Made by a program: the position numbers and the translations under genes. A stretch of DNA of 64,000 bases, counting the filler, from Barthelona sp. PAP020 (taxonomy: Eukaryota), in NCBI GenBank assembly GCA_040182905.1. It is 15 parts of 15 records of this genome, joined end to end, with 100 filler letters (N's around TTAATTAATTAA, not from the genome) between each part and the next. Parts side by side here need not be neighbours in the genome. Positions count along the whole stretch, not along the records: positions 30,285 to 34,442 come from JARQWU010000689.1; positions 34,543 to 38,699 come from JARQWU010000690.1; positions 38,800 to 42,947 come from JARQWU010000691.1; positions 43,048 to 47,194 come from JARQWU010000692.1; 11 more parts are not named here. The stretch is one strand, 5' to 3'. Shown here one piece after another: positions 33,958 through 43,840 of the stretch (within the stretch, counting starts at the first letter, position 1; each line of letters starts with the position of its first letter). Under the pieces are notes generated by a model. The model ran no database searches and was not told the origin of the DNA. It saw only the letters and a list, made by a program, of their open reading frames with translations.

Positions 33958-34234
33958 GTTGTTAAAAAAAAATTCAGTTTAAAAAAAGTTTCTTCAATGG
34001 ATTGATTCAATTCATTTATTTGTCAGAAGTGATATTTTGTTAATTTTATTGATTGAATAAACAGATTACTGTTATCTTTATGGTTTTCTTAAAAATTTTT
34101 TGTTTTGAATTTTCTTCATCTCATTTCTTTAAAGTTTTCTTTTGAGTGTCTGGTTCAGTAAATTATCTGCAAATTGGTTTGCTTTAGTGATATGTTTTTA
34201 TCTTTTATCAATATATTCATTTCCAATTTTTTCA

Positions 34235-34442
34235 ATGTCATTATCAATTAAGGATGTGAAAGAACTCTTCAATAGTTCTACGATTTTAGAAACGATATAT
34301 TTAAGTGTGTTTGAACAGTATGACGATGATTCTGACACTCGAATGAAAATCTGTGAGCAATTGAAGTTTTACTTGGTCGATAACAGTTTAAATTGTAGTG
34401 AAAGAGTGTGTAGCATATATGTTATTGGAAGAATGTTTTCAG
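34235..34442 (+). CDS. Hypothetical protein, N-terminal fragment
   Basis: Open frame from ATG 34235 to the linker. Confidence 0.45.
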
Positions 34443-34542
34443 NNNNNNNNNNNNNNNNNNNNNNNNNNNNNNNNNNNNNNNNNNNNTTAATTAATTAANN
34501 NNNNNNNNNNNNNNNNNNNNNNNNNNNNNNNNNNNNNNNNNN

Positions 34543-35048
34543 TTTACCTTAGAAAATCTAAAGTTTTTCAACAGATCAATCGGGCCTCGAAAGCCTTTAA
34601 CCAAATAAACACTATTCTTTCTTATTCACTCATACGCACAGTGCTTCTTGGCTTGGAAATAATCCATTTCTGTAGATTTCAGTTACAGAAAATGTGTGCC
34701 TGCACCTGAATCTTACTCATTAAGTATGAAAATTTTGGTCCAGTTGTGAAACAACTATATTTATTTACAAAGAAAGTAAACTCAGAAAACTCATTCTAGC
34801 AAATTTCAGTTAAAACCCAGGGGGAATTGAGGGACTGAAATGTAATTTAAACGATAAAGAAGGAGAATTTCAAAGAAATTCTTCATTTCTATTCTTTTTG
34901 CAGTTTTGCAAAAGCAAAACTTTAAAGTTTAAATTTTACTTTTGAAAATCTTCAGTTTTTGGACAGATCAATAGAACATTGAAAGCCATTAACCAAAAAA
35001 AGATAATTTTCTTTTGTTTACTCAAACAGTACTTTTTGGCTTGAAAAT
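34543..35048 (+). repeat. Two tandem copies of repeat R1 (34543-34663 partial, 34735-35048)
   Basis: Match 9210-9330 and 9007-9329 respectively. Confidence 0.88.
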
Positions 35049-35265
35049 ACAAAATCAACTTCTCCAAAATCTTTGACCTTTTCTCAAGTTAACAGCAAAA
35101 AACCTTGAACTTTTAAGATATTTTTCAAGAATAAAAGAGCCTTCTGGCCCTTTTGAACAATGAAAACTGTAATATTTTCATTTAGTGCACAGGAAAACCC
35201 TGTCCTTTGGACACTATATGAAATAACAGAGTAAAGATCATGTGGTTCTTGAAAAGAACGCTGTG

Positions 35266-37926
35266 ATGGAATATTGCCCATATACATTGAGTAAAAGAAT
35301 GGCTGAAATGACTGTTCTTGAGAGATTAATCAGCATGTTACAACTGTCTTCTGCACTTGAGTTTTGTCATAGTAAAGGTGTAATTCATCGAGATGTCAAT
35401 CCAAAGAACATTTTGATCAGAAAGGATGGAACAACTGCTCTGTGCGATTTTGGTCTTGTTCGTTCTTTTGAAAGAAACAGTAGGATGTCTAAGACAGGAA
35501 CCATTTGTTATATGCCTCCTGAATTGGTAAACAATGAAATTTTTGCTCATCCTGGTATTGATTGCTGGGCATTTGCAACAACATACTTTGAAGTGATGAC
35601 AATGTTCAAGCCTTTTGAAGGAATTTCTGATCTTATAATTCCTCTAAAATTATATAATGGAGAATTGCCTTTTAAACATGAAGAATTAGAAATAGCTATT
35701 GGATATAATTTTATGTCTCAGTGTTTTAATCGTGATTTCGAAAATAGACCAATGTTTTCAGAAATAGTTGAGCATCTTGGTGGATTGATTGATGACTTAA
35801 AAAAATGTGTTTCTCTCATTGTTTGTGATCATTTTACGAAACATAAATTGGAGGAAAATAACGAGGAAGAAAAGAAAAAACTTGAGTTTATTATTTGTGA
35901 TTCTTATGTGAAACATAGATTATATGAGGTTATTGTTCCAGATAATTTTTCCAAATATTGCAATATAGATACGATACATCATGGTGTGCATGATGGAAAA
36001 TTGGAAGTTGTTAAACAATGGATAAAGGTTGGAAATGAGGGAGATTCCATTCTTTGGGAGGCTTCTTCTTATGGGCACAGTGATATTGTTGAACTATTGT
36101 TAGATTTTGAGGTTGACATCAATTTTTGTAAGAATACTGGTGCTTCTTCGTTGTTTATTGGTTGTGAAAATGGGCATAGAGATGTGGTTAGAATGCTTTT
36201 AAACAAGGGATCTGATGTCAACAAATGCAAGATCAATGGGGTTTCACCGTTGCTTATCAGTTGTTTTAAGGGCTATTTTGATATTGTAAAGATGCTGTTG
36301 GATCATGGAGTTGATGCCAATCAATGTAATAAATATGGTGCTTCTCCATTGTATATTAGTTGTTATCAAGGTCATCTTGATATTGTCAAAATGCTCTTGG
36401 CAAATCATAGAGTTGATGCCAATCAATGTGATAAAGATGGTCGCTCTCCATTGTATATTAGTTGTCAAGAAGGTCATCTTGATGTTGCCAAAATGCTCTT
36501 AGAGGATCATGGGGTTGATACCAATCAATGTGATAAAGATGGTCGCTCTCCGTTATTTATCAGTTGTCAAGAAGGTCATCTTGATGTTGCCAAAATGCTC
36601 TTGGATCATGGGGCCAATGTCAAACTATGTATAAACAATGGTGAGTCGCCATTATTTGTGAGTTGCGAATTTGGTCATGTTAATATCGCTAAAATGCTCT
36701 TAGATGATCATAGGGTAGATGTCAATCAATGTGATATATATGGTACTTCTCCATTGTATATTAGTTGTCAAGAAGGTCATCTTGATGTTGCCAAAATGCT
36801 CTTAGAGGATTACGGGGTTGATGCCAAACAATGTGATATATATGGTGCTTCTCCATTGTATGTTAGTTGTTATCAAGGTCATCTTGATGTTGCCAAAATG
36901 CTGTTAGAGGATTATCAGGTTGATGCTAATCAATGTAATAAATATGGTGCTTCTCTATTGTATGTTAGTTGTCAAGAAGGTCATCTTGATGTTGCCAAAA
37001 TGCTCTTGGATCATAGGGTTGATGCCAATCAATGTGATGAAGATGGTCGCTCTGCATTGCATATTTGTTGTCAAAAAGGTCATCTTCATGTTGACAAAAT
37101 GCTATTAGAGGATCATAGAGTTGATGTTATTCAATGTGATAAAGACGGTCGCTCTCCATTGCATATTAGTTGTCAAAAAGGTCATCTTGATGTTGCCAAA
37201 ATGCTGTTAGAGGATCATGAGGTAGATACCAATCAATGTGATAAATATGGTCGCTCTCCATTGCATGTTAGTTGTCAAGAAGGACATCTTGATGTTGTCA
37301 CAATGCTCTTAGAGAATCATGGGGTTGATGTTAATTTGTGTATGAAGGACCATGGTGCTTCTCCCTTGAATATCAGTTGTGAACAAGGTCATCTTGATAT
37401 TGCCCAAATGCTTTTGGATTATGGTGCTGATGTTAATTTGTGTGATGATGCGGGTGTTTCTCCACTGTTCTTTAGTTGTTATCTTGGTCATCTTGATATT
37501 GCCAAAATGCTCTTGGATCATGGGGCTGATGTTAATTTGTGTATGAAGGAAGGTGCTTCTTCGTTGTATGCGAGTTGTCAAAATGGTCATCTTGCTATTG
37601 CCAAACTTCTGTTAGATAATGGAGCTGATATCAAATTGTGTTTGGACAATGGAGAGTCGCCACTATTTGTCAGTTGCGAATGTAACCAGCTGTGTGTTGC
37701 TTTCATGCTACTGAATCATGGGTCTGATGTTAATCTATGCAGAAAAGATGGTACTTCTCCATTGTACATCAGTTGTCAAAATGGAAATGTTGATGTCGTT
37801 AGACTACTGTTGAATAATGGGGCTAACGTTAATCTAAAGGTCGAACAAGGGTGGACAGCCATAGATATTGCCACAAGGGAAGGTCATACCCAAATAGTTG
37901 AGCTTCTAAGTCCCTATTTCAATTGA
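35266..37926 (+). CDS. Kinase (lacking N-lobe) - ankyrin repeat protein
   Basis: Starts at kinase subdomain V (MEYC) and has HRDVNPKN, DFG, PPE and DCWAFA, then about 18 ankyrin repeats with near-identical DNA. In-frame TAA at 35224-35226 upstream. Confidence 0.85.
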   Translation: MEYCPYTLSKRMAEMTVLERLISMLQLSSALEFCHSKGVIHRDVNPKNILIRKDGTTALCDFGLVRSFERNSRMSKTGTICYMPPELVNNEIFAHPGIDCWAFATTYFEVMTMFKPFEGISDLIIPLKLYNGELPFKHEELEIAIGYNFMSQCFNRDFENRPMFSEIVEHLGGLIDDLKKCVSLIVCDHFTKHKLEENNEEEKKKLEFIICDSYVKHRLYEVIVPDNFSKYCNIDTIHHGVHDGKLEVVKQWIKVGNEGDSILWEASSYGHSDIVELLLDFEVDINFCKNTGASSLFIGCENGHRDVVRMLLNKGSDVNKCKINGVSPLLISCFKGYFDIVKMLLDHGVDANQCNKYGASPLYISCYQGHLDIVKMLLANHRVDANQCDKDGRSPLYISCQEGHLDVAKMLLEDHGVDTNQCDKDGRSPLFISCQEGHLDVAKMLLDHGANVKLCINNGESPLFVSCEFGHVNIAKMLLDDHRVDVNQCDIYGTSPLYISCQEGHLDVAKMLLEDYGVDAKQCDIYGASPLYVSCYQGHLDVAKMLLEDYQVDANQCNKYGASLLYVSCQEGHLDVAKMLLDHRVDANQCDEDGRSALHICCQKGHLHVDKMLLEDHRVDVIQCDKDGRSPLHISCQKGHLDVAKMLLEDHEVDTNQCDKYGRSPLHVSCQEGHLDVVTMLLENHGVDVNLCMKDHGASPLNISCEQGHLDIAQMLLDYGADVNLCDDAGVSPLFFSCYLGHLDIAKMLLDHGADVNLCMKEGASSLYASCQNGHLAIAKLLLDNGADIKLCLDNGESPLFVSCECNQLCVAFMLLNHGSDVNLCRKDGTSPLYISCQNGNVDVVRLLLNNGANVNLKVEQGWTAIDIATREGHTQIVELLSPYFN

Positions 37927-38297
37927 CATGATTGTTTCCAAATAAAGAAACACTATGAATATGGGTGAACAAGAACGAATTTAAGGTTTTTCAATACTCA
38001 ATTGATTTGCTAAAACTTCCAATTTTTCTAAAGTGAAAGTTTAACAACTTTAAAATTTTGCTTTTACAAAATACAAAAAACAGAGATGAGAAAATTTCTC
38101 TAAAGTTTTCATGCTTGGTTGTTAAAATTGGATTTCAACCGTTATTTTCCCTGGTTCTATCCAAAGTTCGCTAAAATGAGGTTTTGAGTTTGCTTTTTCT
38201 ATAAATAAATGTAATAGTTTTACAACAGATTTTTTGTATTTGTTTTTTTGATCAATTCTTTTGAAAGAGTAGAAAAGGGAAGGGAACAACATTATGG

Positions 38298-38699
38298 ACT
38301 AATTTTACTTGTTTACAAAACAGATGCTACACATTGTTACTTTGTTGCCTGTAGCAGGGCCCAGAACTCTGCGAGAAGTCCAGCCAGTCTGTACCTGATG
38401 CGAGGCCAGAGTACTGCTAATTTTACCTGTTTACTACTACTAATTTTACCTATTTACAAAACAAATGCTACACATTGTTACTTTGTTGCCTGTAGCAGGG
38501 CCCAGAACTCTGCGAAAAGTCCAGCGAGCCTGTACCTGATGCGAGGCCAGATCGTGTGCTTGACGTATGGAGAGACTCTTTGCAGACACTTGTTGAAGAA
38601 AGTAGAGACTGTACTTGAGAAAAGACCAGTCTCTGAAAACACCAGAGGAACAACAGTATCACCGAACTTGCACTTTTTGCGTCTTTCAGCATACTCGAT
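38298..38699 (-). mobile_element. 3' end of an RLE-type (CRE/NeSL/R2/R4-like) non-LTR retrotransposon plus a tandem 5'-truncated copy
   Basis: The minus frame 38699-38478 reads IEYAERRKKCKFGDTVVPLVFSETGLFSSTVSTFFNK...LLQATK*, matching the RLE C-terminal K..KY/F...P.v.e..G pattern. 113-nt direct repeat at 38298-38410 and 38439-38551. Higher GC than the background. Confidence 0.65.
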
Positions 38700-38799
38700 N
38701 NNNNNNNNNNNNNNNNNNNNNNNNNNNNNNNNNNNNNNNNNNNTTAATTAATTAANNNNNNNNNNNNNNNNNNNNNNNNNNNNNNNNNNNNNNNNNNNN

Positions 38800-39162
38800 A
38801 ATTGAAGGAATTAGAGGCTTTAAAAAATCTCCAACATAACCTAAACGAGTGAACTTGCTGGTTATTTCAAGTGCTTTTATGCGTAATTCAGGTGTGGTTG
38901 CAATAAATTCAATGTATCGATTAATAAGATCATTTTGCAAAGCAAGTAACAAATATTCTTCCTTTGAAATAATATTATCTATGTCGTTAAGTGCTTGTGT
39001 TCGTATTGTAAGTTCAGGATCAGCTAAAAAATTGATGTGTGAAATAATATTATCATAACCATATGATGAATAGACATGCAAAGGATCAAATGGCTTTGGA
39101 TCTGCTGGAGCAGAATGTGCAGCTATTAAATCAATTCTTCTTTTGTTCGATTTGAAAGACAT
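38800..39162 (-). CDS. RSPH14: Radial spoke head 14 (RSPH14/RTDR1)-like ARM protein, N-terminal part
   Basis: SSYGY..I......L.DPEL.IR.QAL..I..II..EE resembles the RSPH14 N-terminus. Confidence 0.55.
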
Positions 39163-39872
39163 GTTCAAAAACAATTTTAAAGAAATGAGCTTTTTTCATT
39201 TGTTGTTTTCAAAAATTTGTAACAAAAGAATGTATTTGTGAAAGAATAAATGAGTTCTTTAATTTCCCAGACCCATGAAAGGCCAATGTTCTCTTTTGTT
39301 TAATTGATAACAACCAAAAAAGAGAAATCAACTTTTATTTTCTCAACTATTGTAATACTGATTCCCTTATGGGTTTCATTTATATGTTTTGATGATGTCA
39401 GCAAAAATGCAAAGAAAATTGCTGAAAATCTGCTTTTCTTTATTTGATCATTTTATTTAACCTCATTGTTTTCTCGGTATAGCAGTATCAACGTTTCCAT
39501 AACTCAAAGTGTTTAATCATCTGTTTTTTGTCTCTGTCATTTATCTCATTTTGACTACTGTATCTTGAGTTCAATTTCAATTGAAAATACTTCCTTGCTA
39601 TTTCTATTATTCAATCAGTTCTTGGGATGAAAATAAAAGTATTTTGAGTCTCTTAAAACTATTTGAGGTTTTAACAAGCTGACAAATTTGAAGATTATAA
39701 TCCAATTTCTCTTTGCATTTTTATCTAATATTTTTGTAGTTATAAAAATCGACTGATTAAAAATGAAATGTTGTCCAAATAAGGTGAAATACCTTTTGTG
39801 GATTGAAAACCATTCATTTTTTTTCCATTTTTTTTGTTATTTTCAGTTGATTGTTGTATATCGAACATTTTA

Positions 39873-40856
39873 ATGCAAAAATTTGTTATATTAAAACAAT
39901 TGGGTCAAGGAGCTTATGGTTTTTACATCATAATTTGAAATATTGACTAACTTTTAGGTGTGGTTTTTAAAGCCAGAAAATCTGATACAGATGAGTTAGT
40001 GGCTTTAAAAAGAATCCGTTTGAGAGCTGATGATGAAGGTGTACCTGCTACCACAATTAGGGAGATTGCACTTTTGAAGGAACTGAGACATCCCAATATT
40101 ATTCATTTGCAGGATGTTATCCACTCAAGTAGTCGATTAGTGTTAGTATTTTCATATCAAGATATGGATTTGAAGAGACATATTGAAACTAAGCATGCAA
40201 TGATGAATGAATTGCATTGGAAAAATCTTATGTATCAGTTGTTAGCAGGTGTTGCGTATTTACACAGTGAAAAAATTATGCACCGAGATTTAAAACCCCC
40301 GAATGTCATGTTAAATGAAGAAAAAGATGAAAACGATGAAAGTATTGTTCGTTATTCTTTAAGAATAGGAGATTTTGGTCTTGCACGGACAATGTCATTG
40401 CCCAATAATGGTCTTACTGAAGATGTTGTAACTAGGTGGTATAAAGCCCCTGAACTTTTGCTTGGTTCAACAGTGTATACATATTCCATTGACGTGTGGG
40501 CATGTGGCTGCATATTTTATGAGATGTTAACAGGTACTCCTTTGTTTCCTGGAGATAATAATGAGGAACAATTCGGTCGTATTGTTTCCTTGTTGGGAGA
40601 AATTGACATTGAGGAATGGCCAGATTTGCAAAATGATGCAAAATACCCAAATAGAAATTTGCTTGCAAGTGTTCCTGTCATCAGAAATGCATACGTTAGT
40701 GATGAAATAAATAGACTTTCTGATGATGCAAAAGATTTACTGGAATGTATGTTGAAGTACAATCCTGATCATAGGATTACTGCTGAAGATGCTTTAAATC
40801 ATCCATACTTTGACGAAGTGAGAGATGAATTTCAATATCAAAATATGGAAGTTTAA
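39873..40856 (+). CDS. Cyclin-dependent kinase (PATTIRE), join(39873..39918,39958..40856)
   Basis: Removing a 39-nt intron (GTTTTT..ACTAACTTTTAG) restores GQGAYGVVFKA. Also has VALKRIRL, EGVPATTIREIALLKEL, HRDLKP and DFGLAR. Confidence 0.93.
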
Positions 40857-41056
40857 TTTGTACAACTGTTTGTAAATATTTTTAGTCTCTTAATTTATCA
40901 TTTGTATTTGGTTTGATGGATAAATAAATTAAAACCGTTTTGCATTTCAAATGAATAGTAAATAATTGTCGCTTATTTTTGAGAGAGTTCAGTGCTTGAA
41001 AGATGAACAAATTGAGATTCCACAACAGTTTTTTTTTTTATTTTAACATATTTAAA

Positions 41057-42457
41057 ATGAATAATTTACCCCTTCAATTCATTGATAAGGATGAAAAATT
41101 GCACGATTCAACTGTTTTGAATAACAAAATTGTTGGTTTATTGTTTTCTGCAAGTTGGTGTGGGCCTTGCAAGGCTTTTTTACCTTCATTGCTTAATACT
41201 TATCGCCAATTAAAAAGTATGAACAAACCTTTTGAAATTGTAATGGTTTCTGGTGATCATTCAAATGAAAACATGATTAAATATATGAAAGATTTTAATA
41301 TGCCATGGTTGGCCATTCCTTTTCATCTACCTAACAGAGAAATATTATTTTCATCATATGAAATTCGTGGAATTCCTTCACTTATTATTATTAATGGCAA
41401 CAATAATACTTTAATATCCAAAAGAGGTGTACAGGAAATTCAAGATAAAGGTACTTATACATTTGATTTCTGGGCTGAACATTCTGGTGTTGATTTTGTA
41501 TCTTCCATTTCACAACAAATGAAAGAAAAAGAAGCAAATATGAGTATTATTGATCGTATGAAAACCAGGTATACTCGTAAAAATGGGTTGTTGAAAACAG
41601 CAAAACCTTTCAAAGGATCAATCGAAATTGTTGATGAGAATTATCAACCACCCGAACCTTCCCAAATTGAGGCTTCACCTGAACTTGTTCAACAATTGGT
41701 TGATTTGACTTTTGACCGGTCTTTGGCTGAACAAGCATGCGTTGCTGTTGGAAATAGCAGTTTAGAAGCTGCTTTGGAACAGATTGAGAGTTGGCAGAAT
41801 GGTAGTCATCCTATTGAAAGTGGTAAACATACAGAAAAGAGACCTCCTCAAGAACCATCATCTGATGATATTTCAACTGAATCTAAAAAGTACAAAATTG
41901 ATAATAAGGAAGAACTACGTCGATTGTTAGCTGAAAGAACTGCTGTTTTGCAAGAAGAGGAAAAGAAAAAGCGTTTGAATGATGAAAAGAAACGAATTGC
42001 TGATGGAAAGAAAATGTCATCTTTGCGTGATGAAATTCAAGATCTTCAAAGAAAACAACAATTAGAAGCTGACAGAAAAGCCAGAATTGCATCAAAAAAA
42101 CATGAAAAAGAAGTTCGTGCAAGATTACGAGCAAGACGTAATATTGATAAATCCAAAGATATGGTAGCCGTAGAAACGGAAGTTATACCATCTGAGGTTT
42201 CAACTGCTCCTAGAGTAAGAAAGGAAGTGACCGAAACAAGAATTCGACTCAAAATTGGAGCTGAAACCTTTAATGAAACATTTTCTTTGGATGAAAAATT
42301 TGAAAAAGTGTATGATTGGGCTCGCAGCAAAGGGTTGTCAAATAGACAAGTGTTGACTCTTCCTCCTAACACGCATTTTGGAAAAGCAGAAGCAAATCAA
42401 ACATTAAGAGATCTTGAATTAATTGGAAGAGTAGGTCTGATGGCAATGGATATGTAA
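41057..42457 (+). CDS. Nucleoredoxin/tryparedoxin-like thioredoxin - UBA - coiled coil - UBX protein
   Basis: LLFSASWCGPCKAF, FEIVMVSGD, MPWLAIPF and RGIPSLII; UBA-like LVQQLVDLTFDRSLAEQA..GNSSLEAALE; UBX-like TRIRLKI...ETF..DE....VY...LPP..F...TL.DL.L. Confidence 0.85.
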   Translation: MNNLPLQFIDKDEKLHDSTVLNNKIVGLLFSASWCGPCKAFLPSLLNTYRQLKSMNKPFEIVMVSGDHSNENMIKYMKDFNMPWLAIPFHLPNREILFSSYEIRGIPSLIIINGNNNTLISKRGVQEIQDKGTYTFDFWAEHSGVDFVSSISQQMKEKEANMSIIDRMKTRYTRKNGLLKTAKPFKGSIEIVDENYQPPEPSQIEASPELVQQLVDLTFDRSLAEQACVAVGNSSLEAALEQIESWQNGSHPIESGKHTEKRPPQEPSSDDISTESKKYKIDNKEELRRLLAERTAVLQEEEKKKRLNDEKKRIADGKKMSSLRDEIQDLQRKQQLEADRKARIASKKHEKEVRARLRARRNIDKSKDMVAVETEVIPSEVSTAPRVRKEVTETRIRLKIGAETFNETFSLDEKFEKVYDWARSKGLSNRQVLTLPPNTHFGKAEANQTLRDLELIGRVGLMAMDM

Positions 42458-42739
42458 ATTTATGTGTTATGTGTTTATTTTTGAAAAGAAAATGTTTTTT
42501 TGTTGACTGTTTCTTCACTCCTCCAATAAAAAACCAATTTTACATTTCTTGAAGATTGCAACTTCAAGATGAAAATTGAAATGTATTTCAGTTGCCCTTT
42601 ATCTTTAATTCAAAAGAAGTATTTACAGGGTTGATCGCTGAAAGAAATTTTTGAAAGAAAATATTGTCCTTTTCCAAACAAGAACAGTTGAAAAAATAAT
42701 AAAATGAAAAGAAAGTTTATGTATTATGATAAAATAATA

Positions 42740-42946
42740 TCATTGTGTTCGTTGAATCATCCATTGGGTGTATTTTTTTACCAAATCGTTGAAACTGTGA
42801 TTCAAAGGTAATTCAAAATTTTTAGCATTGTTTTCAGATACATTAACTAAATCATTCAAATACTTAGTTGAAATATCTACTTCTTCTAATTGTTTCAAAG
42901 CTTCAATATAATCCATATCCCCGATTTGATAGCAAACAAATTGTAA
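42740..42946 (-). CDS. 3' end of an unidentified gene
   Basis: 68-codon open frame from the linker ending ...YTQWMIQRTQ*. Confidence 0.45.
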   Translation of the reverse strand, partial: LQFVCYQIGDMDYIEALKQLEEVDISTKYLNDLVNVSENNAKNFELPLNHSFNDLVKKYTQWMIQRTQ

Positions 42947-43840
42947 CNNNNNNNNNNNNNNNNNNNNNNNNNNNNNNNNNNNNNNNNNNNNTTAATTAAT
43001 TAANNNNNNNNNNNNNNNNNNNNNNNNNNNNNNNNNNNNNNNNNNNNTGCCACGGTGAATGCATGAAATCTTGAACAATTAGGATAAATTTTTGAAAAAA
43101 TCGGAGGGTTAAGTTCTTTTGAGCAATTAGTAACGCAGTATTTCACACCTCGCATAGGGTATAGCTCTCCTATGACAGCCTATGAAAGAGTATGTCTCAA
43201 AAAAGAGAGGTTCCTTTCAGGAACGCTGGACCCCCACCAAAAAGAAATAAGATTAAGGTTTATTATTTATTAATCAACTGAGATTCCCAGTCTCTGATTT
43301 GGGAAAGTTCTGGAAAAGGTTCGTACAAGAAGAAAAATAAAACATTTCAGTTTCTTTGTTTCAAGACATAAAGCAATATTTCTTCTGATATTTTTGTTGT
43401 ATATAGTCTTCAAGAGATGTTCTTATAGAAAATTGGATAAAAGAAGATTCAAAGTCTTATTAATTGTGAATCTGTAAATTGAAATCAAAACGTTATCTTT
43501 TTGTTCTGACTAGCATTTATCCTTCTTTTATTATTCCTTTTACACTATTGTTGTTTGAAAATGAGCCTAAAATAAGGGGTAGAAGATTGATTGAAAAAAA
43601 AAATTATTTATATTCTATTTACTCCACTTTTCATGAATAAACTTAAAATTTGTTTGCCTGACTTTTTTTGATTTACTTCAATGAAAGAAAAGCAGACAGC
43701 TAAGTTTTAAAATCCGAAATGAATTTTTTGTTGTTTTAATGCGTGAATTGTTTCTTTCAGTTTTTCCGACAATATTCAGCTTATAATTCACCTTCTAAGA
43801 TTAAGGACTGACTATAAGTGGGAAACCGGTAAAAAGAGTC

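Noticed and set aside
36230..37600. Regular ~100-nt direct repeats as a CRISPR-like array
   Set aside because: The repeats are in-frame ankyrin coding units with no unique spacers and no cas genes.
38248..38751. 167-aa plus-strand ORF with an internal duplication
   Set aside because: It is the antisense shadow of the retroelement 3' end, whose meaningful frame is on the minus strand.
43170..43330. U3, U5 or RNase P RNA
   Set aside because: Only partial look-alikes are present (GACATACT..CATAGG, ACCTTTTCC, GGGAAAGTTCTG), without the required partner boxes or stems.
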